Shown: piece by piece, positions 1-11,826 of the stretch | Layout of the letters: every line of letters starts with the position of its first letter | How positions within the stretch are numbered: the first letter of the stretch is position 1 | DNA from: Pavona decussata | Taxonomy: Eukaryota | Length of the DNA stretch: 64,000 nucleotides | NCBI GenBank assembly: GCA_977016875.1 | Contig: CDRNST010000060.1 | Location: 6,262,001 to 6,326,000 of the forward strand | Direction of reading: 5' to 3' | Program-made: the position numbers and the translations under genes | Notes under the pieces: model-generated | What the model was told of the DNA's origin: nothing | Database searches by the model: none | What the model saw: only the letters and a program-made list of their open reading frames with translations

Positions 1-253
1 TTCCCTTAGGCAAGGCACTTGATCACGCCATAGTCATCTCTCGATATTCATATCAATAATTGGGTAAAATAAATTATCAGGGAAACTGACATACTACTGA
101 GGTTTAGGGAAGAACTAACTACAGTCGGGTTGAAACAAGAGAAAATAATTTTCTCTCGGCTGAAAGCAATGCTTTCTGTTTACCTTATATGATATGGAAA
201 TCAGAAGTAAGCGTGCATATTGCGTCGTAAAAATTGACTTGTTTTGTTTTCAG

Positions 254-3200
254 GTCGTGGCTAATGTGTACCTGTCCGAAAACACCGAAGAAGGCTACGT
301 GTATGAAATCTCTATTCAGACTGGAATGTGGAAAGGTTACGGAACAACAGCTAACATCGGATTGATTATCTACGGCGAGCAAGGCGTGACTCCGACCCTA
401 CCCCTGTCAGATCCGGAACTAAATAAGATATTCTTTGCTCGTGGGAGTATCAACAACTTCACACTGTCTGTGCCTGAATCGCTGGGCGACTTGGTTAAAA
501 TAAAAATTTGGCACGATAACAGTGGGAAGAGTCCAGCTTGGTTCTTTTCACAGGTGCAGATTGTAGATGTGCAAAGTGGAGAGAAATGGCATTTTCTTGG
601 TAACCGATGGCTTGCTGTTGAAAAAGAAAATGGACAGATAGAAGTAGAAATAAAGGCTGCTGCTAAAAAAGAACTCGCGGGATTTAAAAACCTGTTTTAC
701 TCCAGGACCGCGCGGAGTCTGGGTGATGGTCATTTGTGGCTATCAGTGTTCACCAGGCCCCCGCATAACACATTCACTCGCTGTCAGCGTTTAACGTGTT
801 GTTTGTCAATTCTGTTCGCCACTCTGATAACGAACGCTATGTTTTATCAATTTAACAAAGCACCAGAAGACACTTTCCAGATAGGACCGATCAAATTAAG
901 CTGGAGACAAATTAAAATCGGAATCCAAAGCAGCATCATCGCTATTCCGGTAAATGTCTTGGTGGTGACAATCTTTAAGAACATTAAGCACCCGCTTCCC
1001 GAAGAAGCGCGATTAGCCAACCAGAAAGTACCCGGATGCCTCCCACATTTTTTTGTGTACGTAGGCTGGATACTGTGTATCCTCACTTCATTGGCAGCCG
1101 CCACTTTCACTGTCTTTTACAGCATGATGTGGGGCGCGGAGACATCAAACCAGTGGCTCACTTCAATCATGGTGTCATTCTTTCAAGACGTCATCGTCAC
1201 ACAACCCATCAAAGTTGTTGTGATTGCTTCAATGCTGTCACTTCTGATCAAAAAGCCCCCAGAGCAGGAGTCAGTGGTCGGATCGTCTGTGTCGAGAAGT
1301 GGCGGGAAAGACAGTGATGTGGCGCCACCTGCGGGAGAGGCGCTGAGAAAAGCGCGCGAATTCCAGACGAAGGTGCTAGAGATGTTCAGGACTATCATGG
1401 AGATGGCTTTTTTCTTTATTTTTATCGCTTTACTTATGGTGGTGTGCTATGGAAATAGAAAGTCTACCAGGTTTACGCTGACTGCAGAGCTAGAAAATCT
1501 GTTTGGCGGATTTGATAAGGTAATACATTCGCTGTCTGGTAAATTTGGTTTGTTTTTGTCTCACATTACGAAGAACATGTCGCTGTTTTCGTTATTTTAT
1601 AAACCCCAGTGACATTTACCGCTTAGAAACTTACAAATGTAAAACTTTCAAATAATAAGCAAGTAAAATATTTCGTAAAGATCGCTTCTAATCACTTTCA
1701 ACTCTTCTTGTCACCGCTAAACCCATAAGTGCGTCCAACTTGCAGAACAGTTGTTTGTCATTGTTGTTGCCATCCAGCAACTCAGGACATTCGCTTCAAC
1801 CCGTCCGGCCTTATAAGGGCGTTAGTTTCTAAAGAACTGTAGTGCTTTGTCGGTGAGGGAGTGAAAACTAATATGGTTTTATCAAACGGGTTAATAAGGT
1901 AATTTGACCACTGCAAAGAGATTTGAGCGCTGACGTTAGGCCTTCGTGCAGAAGACAAACAAATATTTCGGTGCGTCTTAGTACAGTCCATTCGCGCTAA
2001 AACTCAAGGACTTCAAATTCGAATTTGCTCAACTACTTCCAGCAGATCAACCGCAAATATTAGAACAGTTAATGGGTCCTCAAGTTACAAGCGTTTCGTT
2101 ACTTCAGAGTCACAACGCTGTAGTTACCACTTTCTGTTTTCATCATTTAACGTGTTGCTTGTCAATTCTAGTCGCCATTCCGATAACACCATGACAAAGC
2201 ACAAGAAGACATTTTCACCTTTTTTTTGGCAATTAGCAATTATATTAAATTTTGTTCCTATGGCTAAGCAAACCGATGAGTTTTTGGTCAAACACGACGT
2301 GGAAAAATTCCTTCGCTGCATTCAACTTAAAGCTTTTGTCCATGACCAAGGAGACGCCTCTAATGAACCAGAAAAATATGTTTTATAAGCACTCAAAATC
2401 CACATGAACTTCCCTAGAAGGGAAATTTACGTCTTAAGAACTCTTATTAAAAAATGTCCCTATGATGTTCAATGCTCAAGCCAGTTTATGCACAGTAATC
2501 TTCAGGTTAAGGACTGTCCTCGATCGGGTTAATCTCAAATAAATCAAATTACTGACCATTGTAATTCTTTTCCCCGCAAGGTGAATAGTCCACCTACTTT
2601 CTGGAAATGGACGAGAAAAGTCCTAGTCCCAGGCCTGTACGATGTCCAGTGGTACAACGGCGATCGATTTGAGTACAAGGAAGGTTTCATTAGCAACAGA
2701 GAAGCTTTTTTGGTGGGAATGCCTCGGCTACGACAAGCTCGCATCAGACCAGGTAACGAGGCCTCTGATATATAAAAAAGAGTTACCTAAAAATGAATGA
2801 TGTGCCTGATGTTTAAATTAATCGAGGTGCAACGTGCGCCCACGTGGGAATCAAAGTACACGTTTGCAGATAGCAGACATATGCATATGCATATGATTGC
2901 ATATCTAGGCGTCGTCGCAAATTTTAAAGTGAGTTAATCGAAATGCATAATTTCAGCAAAAACCACTGAGTTTCCTCGTATGATTTTTAATATCATGTTT
3001 ACAGAGAAAAGGTGTGTGATGGAAACCCGACATCCAGATCTGGCGCACCAGTTCCACCGTTGTCTTTCACCTTACGTTGATAAGATTGCTGACTCAACTC
3101 CTTACAACCAGCCACGTTGGATCCCTGTAGATAACACCAGTCAGCTTCTCTCTGTGTTTGAGCTGCAAGACCTGTGTCCCAAACCATGGCGTTATCGGAC

Positions 3201-5046
3201 CGCAGATAATTTAAGCACACTTTCCGTGCAGGGTTTACAAAGTGCATATGGAGGTGGCGGATTCGTCGCCGATCTCGGCTACAACGCACGGTCCGCTCTC
3301 AAGGTGTTGGACAACCTAGAGAAAAACACCTGGATAAATGACCTCACTGCGGCAGTCTTCATTGAATTTACAATCCACCAACCTGCGAGCGCCTTGTTTA
3401 GCGTTGCGAAGTACTTATTTGAGCGTTTGCCGACGGGCGGTTACAACACGGTGGCTAAAATCACGACCTTGACGCTATACGCGTCGCCTGATCCTGCTTT
3501 CAAATCATTCTACCAGCTCTGTCAACTACTTCTTATGTTGGTGATTTTGTTTTTCTTTTTCGCTGAAATTGGAAAGATGTACCGTCAAAGGTGTCTCTAT
3601 TTTACTCAGTTTTGGAACTGGATGGAGCTGCTACAGATATTCGGTGCCATCGCAGCGATTGTAATGTTCTTCTTCAAGGAAATGTACACCAGCGAGTTTG
3701 TCAAACGGGTACAGGCAAACCCGTTTGAAACGTCAAGCACTGATTATATTGCTTTGTGGTCCGACCTTGAGATTTACTTGTTGGCTTTTGTGATTTTCAT
3801 CGTGACAACGAAATTCCTCAGACTGATTAGGTTCAACCGACACATCTGCCAAATGATTGCTACCATACAAAAATCCGTCGGTCATCTCTTGTCGTTCTTT
3901 TTTGTCTTTGTGGGAATTATTCTAGCTTACACTCAGCTTGGTGTTCTTGTGTTCGGAGGAAGCGTGCCAGCTTACTCTTCGTTCTTCCAAGCCATGCGTT
4001 CGGTCTGCCAGATGATTTTAGGAGGCGAAACTCACTTTTATGAGCTCAAAGCGACCAGCAGAATTGTCGGGCCCCTCTTTGTGTTCTGCTATATGCTGAG
4101 TATGTCCATGATTATGTTGAACATGTTCCTTGCAATACTCAACGACTCCTATGAAGAAGTCAAAGACGTTCAGGGGGATGCCTTTGCTGACGCGGAACTT
4201 GGCGAATTTATGAAAACCTACTTTACCAGACGGGTCGGTTATCTTCGCGATGAGATGATTGGGTTCTTTAAGAAAATGCTAAGAATGACACAAATCAGAA
4301 GGAAGCCGAAAATGGACGAAACTGAGTCATATGTAAAAGCACCCATTAATACATCCCACACATTTGTTGATGGAAAACTCGACGATTGCATCGAGTTTTG
4401 TGATGAAGAACAACCATTAGCTATAATAGCTTCAATGGAAGACTTGACTGAGAGCGAAGATGAATTGACACTCAGCTTGGACGACGTGAGACATAGCTTG
4501 TCTGATATTGGAGCAGAGCTGCGTAGCTCAATTTCCTTTCTCAACGAGCGCCCGCCTTCTGTGAGCGATGCAAATTTCAATGATCTCAACAGAGACGTGA
4601 AATGCTCGTGTGATGAACCAGCTTTAGATCCTAACAGTTACGGCTATAATCGCTATTCCTACCTCAGAAACATTTGGGAAAGACAAGAAGATCCAAATTA
4701 TCGCTTTCGTAGGAGAAATAGAGGTGAAAATGCTGAACCGCTATTAAGCGATCCTTCGGCAGATCGTTTTGAAGAAGTGGATATCGATACGAGTGCAGAA
4801 TATAATCCTTCTTTCCCGAAAATCTGGGAACGAGAAGGAGATCCACATGATCGATTTTGTGGGCGAAAGGCTTCAAAGATGGAACCTCTTGTAAATGATC
4901 AACTTGAAGAGGTCGATCTGGGAGTAGGGGGTGAGGAAGGGACATTTGAAAGAGTGCGACTTGAAGAACATTCCACTCCTGAGCTGATGTCTACAAGCAC
5001 AACCAACAGCAGTTTGGTGGATGATCTTCCGGAAACAGCCGTGTGA
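254..5046 (+). CDS. Polycystin-1-like (PKD1L2/REJ-like) protein, gene A, 3' part only (PLAT, TM2-5, TOP, channel domain, C-tail); 5' exons lie upstream of the window
   Basis: Exons 254-1519, 2581-2752, 3005-5046 (AG/GT, phases 0,0,1; 1159 aa). PLAT motif IKIWHDNSGKSPAWF; PKD1-family motif HLWLSVFTRPPHNTFTRCQRLTCC; TOP motifs LVGMPRLRQARI and YGGGGFVADLG; S6 motif LNMFLAILNDSY. Confidence 0.93.
1816..1952 (-). mobile_element. Penelope-like terminal-repeat fragment, same family, in gene A intron
   Basis: GTTAGTTTCTAAAG...GTCGGTGAGGGAGT...GCTGACGTTAGGCCTTCGTGCAG matches the other copies. Confidence 0.6.
2245..2400 (+). mobile_element. Probable Penelope-like ORF fragment (region upstream of RT)
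   Basis: LNFVPMAKQTDEFLVKHDVEKFLRCIQLKAF resembles the GLNF.P...D...F.RR.RLK.FF motif of PLE ORFs. Confidence 0.5.
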
Positions 5047-5846
5047 AGGCTGTGGCTGAGTGGCTAGACGATGAGCTTGGGGCGGATGGGATGACAGCAA
5101 GTTCAATGTTAAGATGAAGGACCGTGAGCTTAGAGAAAAGGAGGAGGCTGTAGTTTGAACGCGAAAACCCAAAATGACAAAAGTATGTTGCAACCCACAA
5201 GTTAGAGACGAGGGACCAGACTCACGAAGCCCTTCTAAGTTAAGATGTCTCCTAAGTATTGTTTGTGAACAATAGTCTGTTGTTATTCCAATAATGGGCT
5301 TTTGTTAAGAAACAATACTTTGATAAATCCTAATTTAGAAAGGCTTAATGAGTCTGTCTCCAGCATCAAAGGAAAATCAGCTGGCGAACTACTATAAATA
5401 AATGCTGCTATATATGCTTCCATCAACAATACCTATATGGATAGGGCCACCAATAAAGAAGCTCACAGAAATGCAATTTTTACTGACACCATCAAGGGCG
5501 AAATAAGAACGAGTGATTTGTGAAAAATGTTCAATGTTTGCTCATCGTGTGCGGTGGAGAATGCAACGCTTATAACCTGAAGTGAGAACTAATGATGGAA
5601 GCCATCGACAAAAGCGCTTTACATATAGGAACAAAATAACTTTATGGCAGTCAATCAACATCGAGCTAGTAAAGAAATAACGCTGCTTAGCAATCGATCT
5701 CATCTTCAATACAACGCTCGGTTGAGAATGTAATAAATTATAATCTGAAGTTGAGGTATGAAATGTATTACGGCATACTACAAATTTTCACTTACACTGT
5801 CGATGGATAATCAAAGTGAGATATTCCAAATCTTCAGAACCTAATA

Positions 5847-6023
5847 TAAATTAAATATAGTGAGCAGTGTGTAATCTCAGTTATTTACCAGGCGTACTCA
5901 CTCCAGATTTAAGTTATAGGAAGAAAAGTGCAAACATTATAAAAAAAAGTCCAATAAATTAAGTACAGTAAGCAGTGTGCAATCTCAGCCGTTTACCAGG
6001 CGTACTCACTCCTGATTTAAGTT
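5847..6023 (+). repeat. Short direct repeat (about 69 bp, period 108)
   Basis: TAAATTAA...AGCAGTGTG.AATCTCAG...TTTACCAGGCGTACTCACTCC.GATTTAAGTTA at about 5847-5915 and 5955-6023. Confidence 0.9.
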
Positions 6024-6749
6024 AGATGCCTTGGTTGACGAAAGGTGCCAAAATTATCAAAAGATCTCCAGACAAAAAAAAAAAAAAAAAAAAAGAAGAA
6101 GTCCAGACGTTTGGGGCTTTGCCTTTCAGTGGATTTCTGTTTTTGGGAACGTCATTTGAAAACTTTGTCACTTTGCTTTCGTCTAACTTTAATCATGATG
6201 TGTTTTACTGATTGCTACGATGCTACCGAACTTTTCAGTTCTCAGTAATAGTCGTCATCCCTCCTTTCAAATTTGAACGTGGTCTTTTTTGAATTTCCTT
6301 AAGGTCTGCTCAAAATTGTTTTACAACCTACCATGGGGGTGGGGCGAGGCTAGATGTAAATTGACATTGGGTGACAGCGGAAGGCAGACATGTAAAGGAA
6401 ACCTTTAAAAGGTAAATAAACCGTTAAAAATCAAAATTAACTTAATATCCTATAAACAGTTTAATGGCAGAATATTGATTCTTATTAAATTTGTTTAAAA
6501 GGTCCTTTTTTCTTCATCGAGCGTGTTACAAGAAAAGAAATACTTTTTTTTTTATTTTGGTGCTCTTTACAAGAGTTTTATCATCCACAATTCGCGGAAT
6601 AAGATGTATTTACTTATGATACTGGTGAGAAAGAAAATAAACAGATTTTTATAATCTCTGGGCTTATCTTTTCCGATTGGGTGCATGCAATAACTAAATA
6701 AAAACTTCAGACGTCTATCAAAGACTCTCTGTGTCTGTTACGAGCTCAC

Positions 6750-7685
6750 AGGAAATCCCCTGTGGGGCAGATCTAACGTTATTAAACTCGACAAATTGTG
6801 TCCTCTCAGAAAAAATAACTTTTGACCCATTCTAGTGCCAGACCACGGATCCCATAATGCTTGAGTTTTTCAAAAAGAATGTCGTGAATTACCGTGTCGA
6901 ACGCTTTCGAAAGATCTAGGGATACTCCAATGGCACGTTCTTTTCTATCAAATGCAGAAGAAATTTTGTCACTCAAATCGTTAAGCGCAAAGCTAGGAGA
7001 GCGATTTTTTTCTAAAGCCATATTGATTATCACATAATTTATAATACCGTTGTAAATTATTCGTTCCAAAAACTTTGAAAAGCACGGTAGAACAGAAATA
7101 GGTCTGTAGTTGCTGAAGAGAGCTTTGTCACCTGACTTAAAAATAGGTACGACACGAGCAATTTCAATTCATCCAGAACGATACCATGAGGAATGGAGAG
7201 ATTCACAATGTGTTAATGGAGAAGAAACGCTGCATATAGATCGCTTTATGATAGACATAGGAATGTTGTCATACCCTGCCAATTTTCCAGCCGGAAACTT
7301 AGATGCAATATCTATAATCTCCTCCTGAGTTGCTAAATTTAGGAACATTGACTGAGGGAAATGACCAGAAAGAAAATTCTTATACGAGGTCGTAGATTGA
7401 ATTCGTTTAGCGAGGTTTGGTCCATTATTACTGAAGTAATAACAAAATCGATTAGCAATCTCCATTGGGTCAGAAATATCCTGGTAATCAACCTTGAAGA
7501 CAGAGTTGGGTTTAGGTCTCAATTTCTTGCTGTTAAGAACCTCATTAAGCAGACGCCAAGTGGCTTTTGACTCGTTTAGCTTCTTATCATAATATAAACA
7601 TTTCGCGATTCGTAGGGAGTGATTCAGTTTGTTCTAATATACTTTATATTTCGCTTCGTTCCAGAGAGAGGGGTTTGAAAGATAC
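6750..7685 (-). mobile_element. Degenerate non-LTR retrotransposon (CR1/L2-type LINE) ORF2 reverse transcriptase fragment
   Basis: Minus strand gives NYRPISVLPCFSKFLERIIYN, LDLSKAFDTVIHDILFEKLKHYGIRGLALEWVKSYF and AGYDNIPM; frameshifted and truncated. Confidence 0.9.
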
Positions 7686-8619
7686 TGAAACTAGAAGATA
7701 CTAAAGATAATAAGTGATGAATAATTGGCGTAAAATATATATATATATATATGAACTGAGAATGTAAGATTTAATAGACACGGTTATGCGCGCAACTAAA
7801 GCAGTTGCGTAGAGAAGTGACCCCGTTACGGTTGGTTTATGATAATCGAGAGGAAAACGTACAAAACGTGCAAGCCGAGGAGAAGACTGGGCAGAGGAAT
7901 CGTAAAAGGTGCGTTTATCTTCCCGCTTCTCCCCAGTGCTCCCCTTACTCAGCTAGTCTTGATACTCCTGAGGTTGACTAGGGGCTTGGTTTCTTGACTA
8001 TTAAAAACGGAACTAAATGTTGGGTGCTGCCCGAGCAAATTCACATGTCCATAAAGTTGACAACTTAACACGATTAGATTCCATTCAGTTTTTAGACGAC
8101 CTGCCCTTCTTTGATCAAACTGAAAATTCGCACGCAAGTCCGGGAGTTTTATCTTTCCTATAGCCACCGAGAGCAATTTCATCAAAGTTGGCCTTTAATT
8201 GGAATATGGCAAAGAAACGAATTTTTATTAATTTTTTACTCAAATTAATTCGCATTCTGTGGATGTCGGGCGTGACTAATGAGAGGTTCATCTTGTGGTT
8301 AGCATGTTATGTCTACAAGGCGCTTGGGTAATCATGTGTATAAGTGACAATAGTGACATCTAAGCACTTTTTTGATATATTAAATACTGTGCGTGTACCA
8401 GGCCGCAGAAAATTTGATCGGTTATACCGTTGTCAATAATTGGATAATAATTATTTCCCTTCTAAAAATTATCTAATTCTGTAGGGAGAGGGTTAAAGCG
8501 TGTGGAGAGAAACCCCTTGTATTGAAAAGTTTAGCCAGCCAGTGTCTAACAGCAAGCCAGAGAAAACCCTTGAGTACCCAATATACTATGTTCTTATTTG
8601 AAATAACTTTTCACTATCT

Positions 8620-9198
8620 TGACGTCATCAGTAGTCGCTACCGCACGTTGTTGTCGCCAACATGGTTGAAGATAAGATTTTCATTACTTGACAAGCAAGT
8701 TTCCGACAAAAGCCTAAGCGTTATCATTTCAGAGATTTTAAGGTATTTTCGGTTGCTGTTGGCGGCTTGAGAGCATTTGGAAATGAAAATGGAAATTGAA
8801 TGGAAATCTATGTAAATTTGTACGAGGAAAAAAGGCACAAATGCCAATGCGTCGATTTGAGGTATGCCACAGAGGGCGGATAAGTTGGCTTATATCACCA
8901 TCAATATGACGTCATCAGTAGTCGCTGCCGCGCGTTGTTGTCGCCAACATGGTTGAAGATAAGATTTTCATTACTTGACAAGCAAGTTTCCGACGAAAAC
9001 TTGAGCTAAATCCTTTCACAAATTTTTAATGTTTTTTTCGGTTGCTGTTGGCGGCTTGAGAGCATTCGGAAATGAAAATGGGAATTGAATGGAAACCTAT
9101 GTAAATTAGTACGAGGAAATAAGGCACAAATGCCAATACGTCGATTTGAGGTATGCCACAGAGGGCGGACACGGAGTGGATAACTTGGCTTATATCAC
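8620..9198 (+). repeat. Tandem duplication, two units of about 287 bp
   Basis: TGACGTCATCAGTAGTCGCT...TTGGCTTATATCAC at 8620-8898 and 8907-9198. Confidence 0.95.
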
Positions 9199-9220
9199 GC
9201 ACGACAGTACATTAAAAGAA

Positions 9221-10627
9221 AAAAATATTTGAAGGATAATAAACACAATAGTCTCCACTTGACTTTAAAAATATGCTCAGATGTTTGTCCGGGGACATTA
9301 TCTGTTCCGAGAAGCGAACAGGTTTCCGAGAGAGAAACTCGAGGAAAACTGTGAGCTTCCAGGAGCAGATAATGTCTAAGGACAAATATCTGAGCATATT
9401 TTTAAAGTCAAGTGGAGGCTATTGTGTTTATTATCCTTCAAATATTTTTCGTAACATGCGGGAATCGGCAGGATCTGCCATTCTGTCATATGTTAATCAC
9501 GTCAAAGTTTGTGAGTTGGCTTCCAAAATCTCCAGGTCTCCACGTCAGATTTCGCTTCAGTCGAAAGCGTTTGAAAGAAAGCGAAAAACTGTAAAGTATC
9601 GCATTCCGTAAAAAGTGTAAACAGCCGGTGCTTTGCCGTTTTGTTCCTTTTATCTCGTGTTCAATTGGAGCTGTAGTTTATATTGAAAATACATTTGTGG
9701 AATTTACCAGCCGAAAACGACCTGTGAAGAAATCGAGGCTGAACCTGCAGTCGAATACGACGCCACCGGTTGTTTTTGCTGGATTTCTATCAAAGCGTTT
9801 TCTTTGCTGACTTGACATTGAATGGAGCCAGGAACGAAGTCGCTCACAATCGCTGAGGACTGAACTTTCTGCTCGAGAGTAGGACAAGCTGCTTCTCTTC
9901 GTAGAGAATTTGAACATCTCGGGGTATCATTGCTGGTTTATGTTTCGTGGACGAGATTTTGCCTTCGCGAGCGATCTCGACCAGGTGAGCATTGATAGCA
10001 TTATTTACCGGCTTGAACTCTGTCAGTAATGGTACTGAAATTTATGTTTTCTTTATTTAAATTCCTATCCAGGCCAACACGAATTGCTCTCATTGAATTA
10101 CAACTGTAATATTTGCGGCCGTGTGAGCGAGCTTTGTGCTTATTAAACTCGTTTAATAGCTTGTTGATGGCTTTCTCCTTTCGCCAGACTAAAAGAAAAT
10201 CATAAATACTCTCAAATCAGATGGGCTAAAACTTTTCGTCTTTCATATTTTTCAGTTTTGCCACATTTTTAATTCAAGGACTGTTGAACAGAGTTCAAAC
10301 CAAGCGAAGATGTCGCAATGAGCTTGAGTACTTTTAACGTTTCTTTTACGAACAGCTTACCGTCAAAAACGTTTAGAGCGTATGTTGTTTTCTGGTACTG
10401 CTTTATCGACCAGCAGGTTTATCTCTTCTTTTGTCACAAAAGCGAATCGTTCCCCCATATTGACATTAATTTTAATTGCAATCTTGACGCGCCTTGAACT
10501 TTTTGGAATTGGGGAATATCACTTGGGGAATATCACCTGGATATTCCCCAGTATTAGCCGGGGTATATTCGGTCACGCGAGGTGTTTAGACCAATCGCGC
10601 GCGAGCTAAAATATTGATGGATTATAA
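9221..10627 (-). mobile_element. Internally deleted Crypton-like (DUF3504/tyrosine-recombinase family) element with terminal palindrome
   Basis: Minus-strand relic MGERFAFVTKEEINLLVDKAVPEN (ATG 10458), GT-AG intron 10360-10189, then YYSCNSMRAIRVGLDRNL and EFKPVNNAINAHLVEIAREGKISSTKHKPA; imperfect direct repeats at the ends (AAAATATTTGAAGGATAATAA and AAAATATTGATGGATTATAA); palindrome 9221-9449. Confidence 0.7.
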
Positions 10628-11689
10628 GTTGGCTTATATAATGTACACACAATTAAATCATACAAAAGAGCTGAGAAAATTAATGCTGATTACACTGAGC
10701 AAGTTCGACCACCTGAGGTTTCAATACTGGAATAAAAGGTTTGTATCTGTTAAAAAAATATTCAGTTGACTGTAAACAGTTAAAAGCTATCTTTCGTACC
10801 TGAACTAAAGTAAGCTCATTTCAATTAAAACGGAAACAATCAAAGTGAAGGTATCAGGCCTTCGATCTGTTTGATTCCTTCGTTCAACTTGAAAAAGGCT
10901 TTTGTTCAGGTTGAATGGGCGTTGTTTACTATATTTAATTTGACAAAAAAATCACAGTATGGCATGTTTGCTCATGGTGTGAATCAAACATTAATGGGTT
11001 TCTAGCCAGGTACAAATGTGATGCTTACGGTGGACACATCTTTGATCTTCTAAAGGAACTTGACGTTGGACATTTTATTCAAACACTGCTGTTATGGCCT
11101 TTCTTATCTCTTTTTTTTGTGAGGAATATAGACCACGGCAAACTTTCCTGGCAGATCAGTGTTAATTCGGTCACCCTCTTTCAATGTAACTTAGCTTTCC
11201 TCTTTAAAGCAGTATTGCGTTTTTAGCATCACTTAGTCAAGTTTTCTACAGAATTAGTTGTGTAAAAATGTCCTCAAGTACCGCAAGGTAAAATTTTAAT
11301 TTCAAAATGAGAGTGAGAAATAAAATACAATTTCCTTTATAATTAAAGCAAGTTCACGAAAAAGTCTTTTTTAGGAGGTGAAAAGGAATACTTTATTCCA
11401 CTGTTAATCTGTTTCATCAGTGAAGCGACCCTTGTAGAGTAAATGTATTTTTCTTTGTTGTTGTTACACATGAAATCTGCTTTGAATTGAATAAGATTCA
11501 CTTTAAGACGCGTTGTTGATGCCATTTTGAATTAACGTGTCTTACAAAAGTCTTTTGTGGTTTTACAAGGAATTCACATCGGTATAACTTTCATTTTACG
11601 GCTTTATACGACCGTATTGCAATTGAACTTACAAAGCTAGTGTCTTTATTTACATGAAATTATAGTTTTGTAAGTTTGTTTTCCCACAG

Positions 11690-11826
11690 CGCCGTTGTGC
11701 CTTCTCTAGCGCCTTTTCCATTGGATGTCAACTCCGTGAAATTGCTCACGCTGGAAAACCAACCTGTTCAGGTCTATTTCGCCACCGACTCTCCGTTGAC
11801 TGAGAAACCGGTAAGTGAGATTTTAA
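11690..11826 (+). promoter_or_regulatory. Candidate non-coding first exon and donor of gene B
   Basis: Locally GC-richer segment ending CCG|GTAAGTGAGATTTTTA at 11810; a similar donor lies upstream of gene C. Confidence 0.35.

Noticed and set aside
4239-4589. Antisense ORFs over the large exons (also 38463-38873, 56364-56624, 56915-57655)
   Set aside because: Shadow frames of the + strand polycystin coding sequence with no independent motifs.
2980-5046. Stand-alone PKD2/TRPP genes (also 37195-38907 and 60083-61846)
   Set aside because: Each is preceded by a phase-compatible acceptor and upstream PLAT/TM exons, so they are terminal exons of PKD1-like genes.
5847-9198. CRISPR-like array or prokaryotic system
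   Set aside because: Repeats occur only twice with no unique-spacer periodicity, there are no cas-like ORFs, and the DNA is spliceosomal-intron eukaryotic.
9212-9611. ORFs 9212-9397(-), 9273-9611(+) and 9412-9594(+) as genes
   Set aside because: Mirror-image translations produced by the palindromic repeat.
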